The notes below the pieces were generated by a model. That model was not told the DNA's origin. It worked only from the letters and a program-made list of their open reading frames with translations, and searched no databases. From positions 1 to 64,000 of the IMG/VR virus record IMGVR_UViG_3300030330_002808: DNA of 64,000 nucleotides; one strand, given 5' to 3'. The DNA is from an uncultured virus (IMG/VR IMGVR_UViG_3300030330_002808) (Duplodnaviria > Heunggongvirae > Uroviricota > Caudoviricetes). The translations under genes were made by a program, and so were the position numbers. Positions 29,509 to 39,697 of this stretch are shown here, one piece after another; position 1 is the first letter of the stretch, and the number at the start of each line of letters is the position of its first letter.

Positions 29509-30065
29509 ATTTTGCTTGCACCTGAACCTATAATATTAAAATTCCAATACGCTAACAATTTTGCAATATCTTCTATTACGTAAGTTCGAAAATCATCAAA
29601 TACAAATCTAGTGCCTTTTCTAGATTTATCTGCAAACCACAACGCTTCTCTTAAAACATCTTGTGTTTTATGTGGTCCATCAAAATAAACTAAATCAAAT
29701 ATAATATCTTTTGTTGTGTTTGATTTCATATACTCAATATCTGTGCAATGTTCCAAAATAAAATTTTTGTTATCAGCAAAATCTTTTAAAAGTTGAATTC
29801 TCATCGCATCACTATAATTTGATTTATATTCTGGAGATTTATCATAATGTTGATATGTAATATCACCATATGGGTCTATACCTATATGCTCATATAAAAC
29901 ATTACCTATTCTAGATTTTATAGCTAACATAATTACTTGTGATCCAAGTCCCTCACGAACCCCTATTTCACAAGTCTTTACTGATTTTGGTTTATCATAA
30001 AAAGGTAAAGTTTCGCACCATATTTTTAATAATTCATATTCGGTGCTATCACCTCTAATTGTCAT
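29487..30065 (-). CDS. class I SAM-dependent methyltransferase (Methyltransf_24-like)
   Basis: EIGVREGLGS, GIDPY, FDLVYFDGPH and FVFDD motifs. Confidence 0.75.
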   Translation of the reverse strand: MTIRGDSTEYELLKIWCETLPFYDKPKSVKTCEIGVREGLGSQVIMLAIKSRIGNVLYEHIGIDPYGDITYQHYDKSPEYKSNYSDAMRIQLLKDFADNKNFILEHCTDIEYMKSNTTKDIIFDLVYFDGPHKTQDVLREALWFADKSRKGTRFVFDDFRTYVIEDIAKLLAYWNFNIIGSGASKMCLQRMT

Positions 30066-30085
30066 GAGGGGACTATATTAGTTTT

Positions 30086-30364
30086 TTATGATTTTGCAAA
30101 TGTTTTAACATTTGTAGGTTTACCACCTACGCCTTGTGCTTTAGCTCTTTTTCTTGCAACGGCACTCCGTCTCTGGGATTCTGTCATCCTTGCCGCTTTG
30201 GCAGCAGGGACGCACTTTGGATACTTTCTTTTTGATCCACTCGCAGATTTTCTTCCACATTCTCTAAATCCTCCTCCAGGTTTTTTAGATCCAATATCTA
30301 CCCATTTTTGAGAGAACCATTTTTTTAGTCCTCCAGACTTCATGTACTGGATATTTTTTTGCAT
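30086..30364 (-). CDS. basic small protein
   Basis: GGLKKWFSQKWVDIG...CGRKSA...YPKCVP pattern. Confidence 0.7.
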   Translation of the reverse strand: MQKNIQYMKSGGLKKWFSQKWVDIGSKKPGGGFRECGRKSASGSKRKYPKCVPAAKAARMTESQRRSAVARKRAKAQGVGGKPTNVKTFAKS

Positions 30365-31248
30365 TACATTAAATCTTTGTAATAGTCAGCCATACCTCCA
30401 ACTGATTTTTTATTTACAATGGTACCTAGACTTTTTGCTTGACCAGCATGTAATTTAGAAGCTTTGTTTAATCCTTTAATAACTTTTTTAATTTTCGCTG
30501 CACCACCAGCCATATATCCTTTTGCAGGATTATTAAGCTCAGCTTTTAAGCCACCCATTTTTTTCTTATCGACTTTATTTTTTCTTTTGTCTAATGCCTT
30601 TTGACCAGCTGCACCTGCAGCCGCTGCACCTAATAATGAAACAATAGCCTTAACTTTTTTTGGTAAAAGTTTTTTACCAACTCTTTTAACTTTTGATGCT
30701 ACATCGCTTTGAGATGGAAGGGCTGATTTAGGGCCGGCTAACATCATTCTTCTTTTCATAAATGATTTTGGATCAGCAATTTTGCCCATGCCTCTAGCTA
30801 ACTTACCTCTCTTAGCTTTGACCATATTAGCTTTTTGAATTCTTCCTAATGCTGATTGACTACCTGCAGTCATACCACCCATCATTCTCTTTTGTACTTT
30901 AGCTTTATCTCTTTTTTTTGCGTTTACTTTATCTTCGTATTTTTTTAACATTCTACCAACGGGAACTGTTGCAGCAGCAGCTATTCCAGTTAACTTTTTA
31001 AAAGGTGGTCCCGCTTTTATTATCTTATTAATTTTCTTGTTTGCTCTTTTAATTACTTGTCTTCCAATAACACCTCCTACTGCTTTACCAGCAGGTTTTG
31101 GTCCTTTAAAATCTTTTCTTTTTACACCAGAAGGATCTTTAATTTTACCTGCACAAATTTTGCTAGCATATGCGTTCGCGTATGCACTGGGATATACTCG
31201 AAATTTTCTTTTCGCTGCCGCTTTACCTCTTGGACATAATTTTGTCAT
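30364..31248 (-). CDS. basic modular protein with several xxxGG motifs
   Basis: Start re-called at MTKLCPRGK after an AGGAGG RBS. Ends GGMADYYKDLM. Confidence 0.7.
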   Translation of the reverse strand: MTKLCPRGKAAAKRKFRVYPSAYANAYASKICAGKIKDPSGVKRKDFKGPKPAGKAVGGVIGRQVIKRANKKINKIIKAGPPFKKLTGIAAAATVPVGRMLKKYEDKVNAKKRDKAKVQKRMMGGMTAGSQSALGRIQKANMVKAKRGKLARGMGKIADPKSFMKRRMMLAGPKSALPSQSDVASKVKRVGKKLLPKKVKAIVSLLGAAAAGAAGQKALDKRKNKVDKKKMGGLKAELNNPAKGYMAGGAAKIKKVIKGLNKASKLHAGQAKSLGTIVNKKSVGGMADYYKDLM

Positions 31249-31258
31249 TTTTTTCCTC

Positions 31259-31585
31259 CTATTTAAATCTTCTACTTCTAATATATTTTGCTTCTTTTTT
31301 TGCAGTTTCTTTATTTGTATCAATCTGACGTTGGCTTACAAATTTATTTGGTTTAGCTGGGCTTAACTTTGGATTTTGACCTGTTCTTGTCATTTTTCTT
31401 ACTTGCCTTTTAGATAAAGCACCAAATGCTGATTCATGGCTAGGATGCAACCTACCTGTTTTTTTACTTATTATACCCTTATCTTGCATGCCTAATTTTT
31501 CAGTTAAAGATAAATTCTTTTTCTTTCCAATTTTACCTAAAGCTTTACCAAATCCTCTTAGAGCTATTCCTACAAGTCCAGCCAT
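31259..31585 (-). CDS. basic hypothetical protein
   Basis: 108 aa coupled ORF. Confidence 0.6.
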   Translation of the reverse strand: MAGLVGIALRGFGKALGKIGKKKNLSLTEKLGMQDKGIISKKTGRLHPSHESAFGALSKRQVRKMTRTGQNPKLSPAKPNKFVSQRQIDTNKETAKKEAKYIRSRRFK

Positions 31586-31971
31586 TATTTTTTTCCTCCG
31601 TTACGAAATATTTGTGTACCCTTTATACCATATATCGATGCCACAACCAAGATCCAAAGATTAGTGAACCATGACGGGAGCTGCGAGAACATCTCGAAGA
31701 ACAGTTTTACCTTGTCCATCGCAGATGGGTCATCCGATATAACTGCCCAAGCGAGCACCACCACGGGCAACGAGAGAATTATCAAAACTGCCTCGTCTTT
31801 CCAGTCTGACTGTCGGGCTTCTAGCAGTTTGCCCTGATAAGATTCTTCACCTCGAGCCATACGCTCTGCATGCATCAATTGTGCATCAGACATTGCCATC
31901 TTCGTCTTCTGCTTGTTAGCGTAAATCTTACTTCCTGCGCTAACTGCTAATTTTAAGGCACTCAACCACAT
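31585..31971 (-). CDS. holin-like membrane protein
   Basis: SDWKDE followed by two transmembrane segments and a basic C-terminus. Confidence 0.55.
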   Translation of the reverse strand: MWLSALKLAVSAGSKIYANKQKTKMAMSDAQLMHAERMARGEESYQGKLLEARQSDWKDEAVLIILSLPVVVLAWAVISDDPSAMDKVKLFFEMFSQLPSWFTNLWILVVASIYGIKGTQIFRNGGKK

Positions 31972-32290
31972 TATTATATTTCTCCTGTCTTCTTTTACAC
32001 ATATAACTTATCATTTTATCTAAACTAGTTCTAGCCCCTTTACCATTGATACGCCATCTCCAAGTATTTTTATGATGGGCTTGTCTTTTTTTACATAAAT
32101 ACATACAGCCACCAAAAAACTCATAAAATCTAGCAACCATATCTCTATCTGTAGTTTCAACTGAACAAGCTAAGTATTTTTGTTTTTTCCATTTTGACCA
32201 AATGCCAAAACTCCCCTCACCATCAAACACACCAGCTAAAAATATTAATTTATTTTTTTCTGGTAGACTTTCGTAGTCCTCTTTTAACAT
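31940..32290 (-). CDS. LAGLIDADG homing endonuclease-like protein (single motif)
   Basis: IFLAGVFDGEGSF motif, with FGG and WRWRI strands. Confidence 0.8.
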   Translation of the reverse strand: MLKEDYESLPEKNKLIFLAGVFDGEGSFGIWSKWKKQKYLACSVETTDRDMVARFYEFFGGCMYLCKKRQAHHKNTWRWRINGKGARTSLDKMISYMCKRRQEKYNNVVECLKISS

Positions 32291-32402
32291 TATTAGACCT
32301 CATTATTTTCACACCTTGTGGATTTGGTCCTTTTTTGGGTGGTGGCCCATATTTAACTCCTCCACTTAGTCCTTTTCTAACGTTGCGTCTTTCTGATTGC
32401 AT
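32250..32402 (-). CDS. small basic protein (50 aa, ...GLSGGVKYGPPPKKGPNPQG...)
   Basis: Read by hand. Bridges the neighbouring ORFs. Confidence 0.5.
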   Translation of the reverse strand: MQSERRNVRKGLSGGVKYGPPPKKGPNPQGVKIMRSNNVKRGLRKSTRKK

Positions 32403-32661
32403 TTTTACCTGCTTTAAATATTGATGCTACTTTAGTTTTACCCATAACCTTTGCCCTCTGTTCTCCAACAGTTAGAATTTGTATTTTTCTTGCAAAAGGT
32501 TTGTTTATATTTTTAACTTTTCTAACAGTTGCTGATGCATCTGCGGGTGTAGCGAATTTTATTCTTACTGTATCTCTTGGATTTTCATCTGTATACAATC
32601 TTCTGCCCGAACCCTTGGGCTTTTTACCAGTTCCTACCTTAGGATCTTTATTTTTTCTCAA
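32377..32661 (-). CDS. basic 94-aa protein, paralog 2
   Basis: Close paralog of 20860..21144. Confidence 0.7.
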   Translation of the reverse strand: MRKNKDPKVGTGKKPKGSGRRLYTDENPRDTVRIKFATPADASATVRKVKNINKPFARKIQILTVGEQRAKVMGKTKVASIFKAGKNAIRKTQR

Positions 32662-34975
32662 GTTTTTGCCTCGCGATGTCTAATCTTTGTTCAGATTGTT
32701 CATCTTGTTGTTGAAGTTTATCATAATCATATTGTAATCTACCAGCTTCTCTTTGATTTTCTTGATCTTGTTTAAATCTTGTTTCCTCAGCTTTTCTTTG
32801 CATGTCCATAGCTCTTAAATCAACTTCTTGTTGTTTAATTCTAACTAAAGGATCTTGTTTCGCGGCATTTGCTTTCATTTCTGATTGAACTAACTCATTA
32901 GTTATCTGCGCTGCTCTTTTTGCAACTTCAGAATCAAAAATTACTCTAAACGCTTCAGGATCTTGTCTCTGCATCATTGCCATTTCTTGATCGTCAGCCA
33001 TCATCAATTTAACTTCTGCTCTAGCTTTGAACGAAATGTGATCTGAAACGTGTGATTGTAGTAAAGCATAAACAGCAGGGTTGATTTGAACCATTCTTGA
33101 GTTCATAAAAGCCATGTGTGCAGTTAAGTGTGCATCGTGATCTTGAAATTCAAACGCTGTAAGTAATTGCATTTGTAATGCACGTGCATTTTCTTTCGCA
33201 GGATCCATTGGTTCTGGCTGTTTTGGTGCAGGTTTTAACAAAGTTTCTATTTGTTTTGTTCCTAATGCCTCATAAACACGTCTATATGCTTCATGAATGT
33301 TATGAATTCGTGGATTTGAGCTAGCAATTTGTAATTGTGTTTGTGCAAGAGTCACTCTTTGTGACATTGACATAATATTTGGGTCTGCAACTGGTAAAAT
33401 ATCAACACGATTATCAAAATCTGACGCTTTTATTTGTCTTGGGCCACCATAAACATCATAAGGGTACTCAGGTGGTAAAAATTCTGAGCAAATTCTTGCT
33501 AAAATTTTAAATTCTAACCTCATTGCATAGTAACAACGCTTATGAACACCGCTCATTACACGTGATCCTCTTTCCATTAATGCAATTGTGGTACCAACTG
33601 CTCTGTTTTGAAGATCATTACCTATGTTTGAGTCGGTTATTGCGGCAAATTTTTGTCCCGCATTAACTACAAAACCTAAAAGTTGGTATAAAGTTGTGCT
33701 AGGTTCTGTAAATGGAAGATTAAAAAATTGATCTCTAATATTTCCACCTGGTGCATCTACATCCCTAAACTCTCCTGGTTGTATTGGTTGATCATCATCT
33801 CTTACTCTAATACCTCTAGACTTAAACCCAGCAGGTAAATTTTTTAATGTGCCTGCATCAATCAATTGTCTTAAAGATTGTGTTGCAGCTAATGATAATC
33901 CACCAATCATATGCGTTAAACCAAAACCATAAAAACCTAATCCCGGTAAAAATTTGTAATGAACAAAATATTCTATTCTAGTGTAGTTTAAATCGTTTGG
34001 TCTGTAGTTTCTATAAATAGATAAAATCTCTCCAGAGCCTTCATCAATAGTTACAATGTAAGGGATTTTTATTTTTTTTGCTTTGTCATCAAAATTTTCA
34101 TAATCATCTAAATTTAAATCTACATGCATTTCTAGAACTGTGTGTAAGTAATCACCTCCAGTTCTTTTTATACCCTCAATCTCATTTATCTTTTTTTGTA
34201 AAGCATCAGGTTCAGAGTTACCTTGTGTTAATTCAATATCTCTATAAAATCCAGCAGCTTGTTTTTTAATAACATCGTTTTGTGTCATTTTTAAAACATG
34301 AGTTATTCTTTCACAATCTTTTAAATCTGATGCATAATATGGAACAACTAATTCTTCAGCTGGTATAAATTTAGAAACAGGCCTAGCAAGCATTGCATCA
34401 TAATATATTTTCTTAAATGTTGATCCTGATAATGGTAAGTAAAACAACATCTGATCCATATCACTTGTGTATTCCTCCATCTCCTCCATTAACATATAAT
34501 TCATATATTCTTTTACTCTATCAGCTTGCTGTTCAATAATTGGTGTATTTAGTCCAACAACTTGCGTTCTTACAGGTCCATCACTTGGTATTAATTCTTT
34601 GTATGCTTGAGCTTGGAATTGCGTGACTGATTCAGCGAGTAAAGGATGAGTAACATTTGATGCGCCTTTGAAAGGTCTAGTAACCTCTTGATATTTTGTT
34701 CCTAATAAATCAAGTCCCCTAATGTATGTTTCTTCCCACTCTTTTCTAGATAATTTATCTTTTTTGTACTCTTGCACTAACTCCATTGCCATAGTTTTAA
34801 GAGTTCTCTCATCCATAGTTTCTGCAAGATTTGCATTAAAATCGTCTTGAGGTCTTTCCTCTATTTCTTCTTCACCCTCTACAATTACTTCAGGCGGTAG
34901 ACCTTCAGGTTGTTCTTGAACTTCTTCTACCTTATCCTCTTCAGTAATGATTTCGTTATTCTTTTCTATAGCCAT
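32648..34975 (-). CDS. portal protein
   Basis: 775 aa with HPLLAESVTQFQAQAY, FLPGLGFYGFGL and RQLIDAGTL motifs and a coiled-coil barrel tail. Lies between terL and the head genes. Confidence 0.85.
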   Translation of the reverse strand: MAIEKNNEIITEEDKVEEVQEQPEGLPPEVIVEGEEEIEERPQDDFNANLAETMDERTLKTMAMELVQEYKKDKLSRKEWEETYIRGLDLLGTKYQEVTRPFKGASNVTHPLLAESVTQFQAQAYKELIPSDGPVRTQVVGLNTPIIEQQADRVKEYMNYMLMEEMEEYTSDMDQMLFYLPLSGSTFKKIYYDAMLARPVSKFIPAEELVVPYYASDLKDCERITHVLKMTQNDVIKKQAAGFYRDIELTQGNSEPDALQKKINEIEGIKRTGGDYLHTVLEMHVDLNLDDYENFDDKAKKIKIPYIVTIDEGSGEILSIYRNYRPNDLNYTRIEYFVHYKFLPGLGFYGFGLTHMIGGLSLAATQSLRQLIDAGTLKNLPAGFKSRGIRVRDDDQPIQPGEFRDVDAPGGNIRDQFFNLPFTEPSTTLYQLLGFVVNAGQKFAAITDSNIGNDLQNRAVGTTIALMERGSRVMSGVHKRCYYAMRLEFKILARICSEFLPPEYPYDVYGGPRQIKASDFDNRVDILPVADPNIMSMSQRVTLAQTQLQIASSNPRIHNIHEAYRRVYEALGTKQIETLLKPAPKQPEPMDPAKENARALQMQLLTAFEFQDHDAHLTAHMAFMNSRMVQINPAVYALLQSHVSDHISFKARAEVKLMMADDQEMAMMQRQDPEAFRVIFDSEVAKRAAQITNELVQSEMKANAAKQDPLVRIKQQEVDLRAMDMQRKAEETRFKQDQENQREAGRLQYDYDKLQQQDEQSEQRLDIARQKLEKK

Positions 34976-36885
34976 GCTCTATTGTACCCTATTGGTTTAA
35001 ACATATCCACCACTAAGCCTCCTTTGGCCTTATAGGTTTTTTGTGTGTATCTCATCAATGGAGAGACCTTAACGGCAAACGCATCAAAATACAAGTTTGG
35101 ATTTCCATCTTCTATAAATCTAAATCCTTGCTGTTGAACATCACTTGCCTCTCCATGAACTATACTATTAATTTTTTTACCACCGAATTTGTGGTCATCT
35201 GGGTATGTCATCTCTTTTTTACCAATACTTTTATAAGGTTTTTTTGGGTCAGATAAATTTAATTTTATAGTTTCTGTTTTAGAATCATAAAATTTAGCAG
35301 CCCTTTTCATAACATTAGCCATTACAGAACTACCTTTATTATTGATACCTTTACCGTTGGCATAACCATAAAATCTTTCATTACCTGCTTTATATCCTTG
35401 TCTCATACTTAATCTTTCAAAGGGTGCAACGGCTACAAAATCAACATTTTCCTTGGCTGCCTTATTCAATAAATATTTTAAAGCATGATCTCCATATTGA
35501 TCTGCCTCGACCATAGGAAAGTAATCCCTCCTCTTTGGATTTCTTTGTATAAGATTACTTATTTTTGTTTGCACATCATTTAAAATTTTAGTGTTTGCAT
35601 TAATGCCACCAATGTCTTGCTCTGATAGTGCTTTATTTAATCTAGCACTTATTTTTGCTCTTTCACTTATTAATAAATTTATTTCTATATCTGCATTAAA
35701 GGGATTCACTCTATTTCTGCCGTCTAATTGTTGAGCCTTTGTTAACTGTTTTGCAATAGCTTGGTTTACGTCTGATTGTATTTCATGTATCAATAAAGCT
35801 TTTTTTCCATCCGGTGTAACCCTTGTGTCAAATCTAACGTGATATATTTGATTTTTACCTTGTTCTGAAAAATGTTTGGGCGATGTAAAAGCATTTCGAT
35901 TTGTTGGAATTTCCTCATCAAGTCTAAATATAGTTTCCCTATAATTTTTACCACCAGGTAAAGTATACCCCTCCTCATTAGCATATTGTGTTTTATTTTG
36001 TCTGTTTGTTACTTTTGCTGCAGCTTCATCAACTTCACCAATCGCTCTATTCAAATTTTTAAAATCGCTTTGATTTATACTTGTACCGTCTCTAGCTGCT
36101 CTTACTGAGTTTTTAAATTTTGTAATAACTGAGTTTACACTGCCTGTATATGTAGATGATGTTAAAGCTCTCAATTGATATACAGCATCTCTTAAAGAAT
36201 TACCTATGTCTGTTCCAGGATATTTGTTTGCAATAAAATCTAATTGTTTAGTTATTGATTTGGATTTTGTAATTAATTGTTCAATGGCATCGTCAGGCAC
36301 ACCAAGCTCTACTGCTTTTAATCTATTGATTGGATTTAACTTAATCATTGCACCTATTTCATTTGCATCAAGTTTTAATCCAAACTTTTTAGCAGCAAAC
36401 AAAAGACCGCCAGTCAAATCACCAGCACTATTAAATATAGCTAAATTGCTATCAAATAATTCGTCAGATGTAACAACGGCTTGCTTGCCTGCAAATGGTC
36501 CACTATCATATGTAAATTTTTTAGGATCTCTTACTTTTCTTTGAGCGGCTTTGCCAAATATTTTAAAATTTTCTTTTCTTGTTGATGTTAAATGATTCAA
36601 CCATTCATCAGCTGTGTATCTACCAGGACCAATCTTCATTGCCCAATCGTAAGTAGAGGAACCGAAAGCAGGGGCAACGTCATCGCCCATGTATAACGCT
36701 TTAGTTTGTTTTCTTACTATTGGAGGATTACGTATTTCCTTTGTGGCTAATTCTAAACCAGTTTCTTGTGGAGCTTTTTTTTCGTATGTAAGAAGCTTTT
36801 GCTGTTGTCCGGTAGCCGGTGTCGCTGATTCTTTTTTGCCTTTTAGAAGTCTTTTCCCAAGTTGGAATAAACCTTTGAGGGACAT
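34966..36885 (-). CDS. large hypothetical (possibly virion-packaged) protein
   Basis: 639 aa with an HF...HVRF...LLIHEIQSD motif. Ends YKAKGGLV. Confidence 0.65.
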   Translation of the reverse strand: MSLKGLFQLGKRLLKGKKESATPATGQQQKLLTYEKKAPQETGLELATKEIRNPPIVRKQTKALYMGDDVAPAFGSSTYDWAMKIGPGRYTADEWLNHLTSTRKENFKIFGKAAQRKVRDPKKFTYDSGPFAGKQAVVTSDELFDSNLAIFNSAGDLTGGLLFAAKKFGLKLDANEIGAMIKLNPINRLKAVELGVPDDAIEQLITKSKSITKQLDFIANKYPGTDIGNSLRDAVYQLRALTSSTYTGSVNSVITKFKNSVRAARDGTSINQSDFKNLNRAIGEVDEAAAKVTNRQNKTQYANEEGYTLPGGKNYRETIFRLDEEIPTNRNAFTSPKHFSEQGKNQIYHVRFDTRVTPDGKKALLIHEIQSDVNQAIAKQLTKAQQLDGRNRVNPFNADIEINLLISERAKISARLNKALSEQDIGGINANTKILNDVQTKISNLIQRNPKRRDYFPMVEADQYGDHALKYLLNKAAKENVDFVAVAPFERLSMRQGYKAGNERFYGYANGKGINNKGSSVMANVMKRAAKFYDSKTETIKLNLSDPKKPYKSIGKKEMTYPDDHKFGGKKINSIVHGEASDVQQQGFRFIEDGNPNLYFDAFAVKVSPLMRYTQKTYKAKGGLVVDMFKPIGYNRAWL

Positions 36886-36894
36886 AAATCCCCC

Positions 36895-37796
36895 TTAATA
36901 CATTTTTGTAGGTTTGTTTCTACCCAGTTTGCATTTTACTTTTACAGATTTACCTGCTTTATAACCCATGGGTCTCATCATCATGCCACCACCCATCATG
37001 CCTTTCATTTTTTTCTTATAAAGATCAGCAACAGTCTCTCCTGGCATAATTCCACTCATACCAGGCATCTTAACTGATTTTTTCTTTCCTTTTATTTTGT
37101 CAAATATTTTTTTAGCACCAAAACCTAATGCTAGCGCACCTAAAGCTGCTTTTTTAACTTTGCCTGGTTTTAATTTTTCATCTTGAAGACCCATACCTCT
37201 GCCTTTTGCTTTTTCTGCTCTAAGGATTTTAAAATCTTCAGCATCAATTTTATTATTTTTGTTCTTGTCCAATTTAGCTTGGCCACCTGATAAATACATT
37301 TTTCTTTTCATTATACCGCCTTTTTTCTTTTTCTTCACATCTGACAGTCTATTCCTTAAATACATTCTAGTCAATCCGTAGTCTTTTTTTGTGCCACGTT
37401 GAATATCTCCTTTATACAAACGCTCTAAGGTTGGGAGTGGACTTGGCAACCTATCAGATTTAGTTAACCCCGCAGCCATTCTACCTTTCCTACTTCTAAC
37501 TCTATGTGTTTGAAACGTTTCTCCTACCTGACTTTGTTTTTTAAAAGGAACTAATTTTACCTCTGCATCTTTTACCCGTATATTGTAAGCTTTAACTGAT
37601 TTAGTTTCGCCCCTTTTTAATTTATTCCTCTGAATTTTGCTAAGTGTTTTTTTCCTTTTCAGNNNNNNNNNNGGACTGTTCTTGGTGATAATTTTTTTCC
37701 TGATGCTAGAGCCTTTTTTGCTCTTTGCTTTTGTTTAGCTTTTTTAACCGCAGATTTTAAAACACCAGCAAAAGTTCCTCTAAGTATTCCTACCAT
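36895..37796 (-). CDS. basic modular protein spanning the assembly gap
   Basis: The frame of 36895..37479 stays open up to the N-run at 37663-37672. ORF MVGILRG... starts at 37796 and runs into the gap. Confidence 0.55.
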
Positions 37797-39274
37797 TAAT
37801 AATATTTATATTCTTTCTCTACTTTAAAATTGGGTTCATCCCAATCGTCAGAGTAAGTTGATACAAATCCTCCTTGTCTGTATCTTAACACAGCTTGTGT
37901 CATACTATCAACATAGTCATCAAATTGGCCATTTGGAAAAGCTGCACATTCTTCAACAACTTCTTGAGCATAGTTTTGATCTAAAGGGGCATATACCATA
38001 CCCGATTCAAAAACAGGAGCACAACTGTTTATTCTAGTGTGTTTATCTCTACCTCTTGCAGGGACGTAATCGATGACCGGTATCCCTGCTCTCCTTAGCT
38101 CATGTATCAAAGGCTGCCCTGAGGCTTTAGCCTCAATAATTACAGTTTCCGGTTCCCAGTAATGATATTGCTCTAATGCAACATTTTTTAAATCAGGAAA
38201 ATCATACCTACCCTTCATTGCATCTAAAAGTATTATACATTTTTCATAACCCTCTACAGGTTCAAAAATACCCCAAGTGGTTATGGCTGAATAGTCCGCT
38301 GACTCTTTTTTAGAAAATGCTGTATCGTAACTTTGTATAACGTGTAAAAGTTTTGGTGTATATTCTTTATCCCAATTTTGCCACCACTCGCGTTTTATGA
38401 TTGCACCTTCTTCTGAAGTAGGATCTTGCATGTATTGTGCATTCCAATTTTTTACGGACACCGAAGCTTTGACAGCTTCCAAATCTTCTTTCGACCAATA
38501 TTCAGGCCATACAGGTTGATCGTTAGGAAGTATTGCAGGAAACTCTATAACTTTCCATTTATCTGCTTTAGGCTCAGATTGAGCCTTAATGAGCCTTCCT
38601 GTTAAATCATCAGTAGCCCATCTTGTCATCACAACACAAATTCTTCCACCTGGTTGTAAACGTTGTCTAGGTCCTGATGAATACCAGTCATAAGCTCTAT
38701 CCATAGCAGAATCAGACATTGAGTCTTGTTCAGTATGTGGGTCATCGATAATAAGCAAATCCGCCCCTCGTCCTGTGATAGAACCGCCAACCCCCGCTGC
38801 AAAATATTCGCCACCATGATTTGTCTCCCAACGGCCTTTTGCCTTACTATCTTCTCTTAGTGTAACATTTCCGAAGATCTGTTTATACTCCTTGGTATTC
38901 ATTAAATTACGAACTTTGCTACCGAATCTTGTAGCGAGTTCCGCATTGTGTGATACCTGCATTATTTTCATCTTAGGATTCCTACCAATCATCCATGCGG
39001 GGAATAAATAAGATGCAAATTCTGATTTAGTATGTCTTGGTGGCATATTGATAATGAGCCTTTTTTCTTTATTGGCCGCTATTTTTTGAAACTCTTCAGC
39101 TATTATTTGATGGTGCCCATATCTTTTTGGGTCCTTTGTTTTACGATAAATAAAATCTTGCCAAACTGTTTGAGCAAAAATTAAAAAATCATCTTGGCAT
39201 AACTTGATCCACTGCAATTGCTTTTGCAAAATTAAATCTTTTAATTCATCTTCTGTAAGGTTTTCTAAGTTCAT
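37796..39274 (-). CDS. terL: terminase large subunit
   Basis: MPPRHTKSE (Walker A-like), LLIIDDP, TRW, SYDTAF and DDYVDS nuclease motifs. Start re-called at MNLENL. Confidence 0.92.
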   Translation of the reverse strand: MNLENLTEDELKDLILQKQLQWIKLCQDDFLIFAQTVWQDFIYRKTKDPKRYGHHQIIAEEFQKIAANKEKRLIINMPPRHTKSEFASYLFPAWMIGRNPKMKIMQVSHNAELATRFGSKVRNLMNTKEYKQIFGNVTLREDSKAKGRWETNHGGEYFAAGVGGSITGRGADLLIIDDPHTEQDSMSDSAMDRAYDWYSSGPRQRLQPGGRICVVMTRWATDDLTGRLIKAQSEPKADKWKVIEFPAILPNDQPVWPEYWSKEDLEAVKASVSVKNWNAQYMQDPTSEEGAIIKREWWQNWDKEYTPKLLHVIQSYDTAFSKKESADYSAITTWGIFEPVEGYEKCIILLDAMKGRYDFPDLKNVALEQYHYWEPETVIIEAKASGQPLIHELRRAGIPVIDYVPARGRDKHTRINSCAPVFESGMVYAPLDQNYAQEVVEECAAFPNGQFDDYVDSMTQAVLRYRQGGFVSTYSDDWDEPNFKVEKEYKYY

Positions 39275-39411
39275 ACCGTTTGGGTCCTTAGTATATTTAT
39301 GTATATTGCTTTGTAAACCTCTTTTGCAAAATGCACAGCGCATTTTACGCGGTTTTTTGCCAGGCACAACCTTCTGCATTTTGTAGCTACAGGTGAGCCT
39401 TGGATACACCA

Positions 39412-39432
39412 ATGGCGCGATAAACGCGCCAT
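39412..39432. terminator. hairpin at the end of the early operon
   Basis: ATGGCGCG-ATAAA-CGCGCCAT downstream of 39446..39697. Confidence 0.5.
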
Positions 39433-39445
39433 CAGTACAACGATG

Positions 39446-39697
39446 TTAATTATTTAGTTGTTGGATAAGTGTAGAAAACTTATCTAATATTTTTTGTTTG
39501 AACTCATCAACGACTTGGTTGCCTTGGTTCTCGAGAATATGTTTCTCAACCTCTCCTTGGAGTAGTTGAAACATAATTTCGTAGTTGAGTTGTTTTTTGC
39601 CATTAGCGTCTATGTGCAACGCTGATTTTTCAGTCGGCTTGTTATTGCTAACTCGTTCACTCAATACTTGAGCAATATTAATTAAACTATTTGTCAT
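39446..39697 (-). CDS. putative early hypothetical protein
   Basis: AGGAG RBS. Coupled ORF. Confidence 0.65.
   Translation of the reverse strand: MTNSLINIAQVLSERVSNNKPTEKSALHIDANGKKQLNYEIMFQLLQGEVEKHILENQGNQVVDEFKQKILDKFSTLIQQLNN

Noticed and set aside
31940..32402. Group I intron around the LAGLIDADG ORF
   Set aside because: The flanking genes look intact, there is no non-coding space, and I saw no intron core.
37663..37672. Break in a basic-protein gene
   Set aside because: This is a scaffold N-gap, not biology; the frames are open on both sides.
39275..39412. N-terminal extension of terL, and similar extensions of the ORFs ending at 30364, 15428, 41272 and 46600
   Set aside because: Downstream starts fit better (clear RBS for most, no overlap with the upstream gene), and the extensions run over regulatory or neighbouring sequence.
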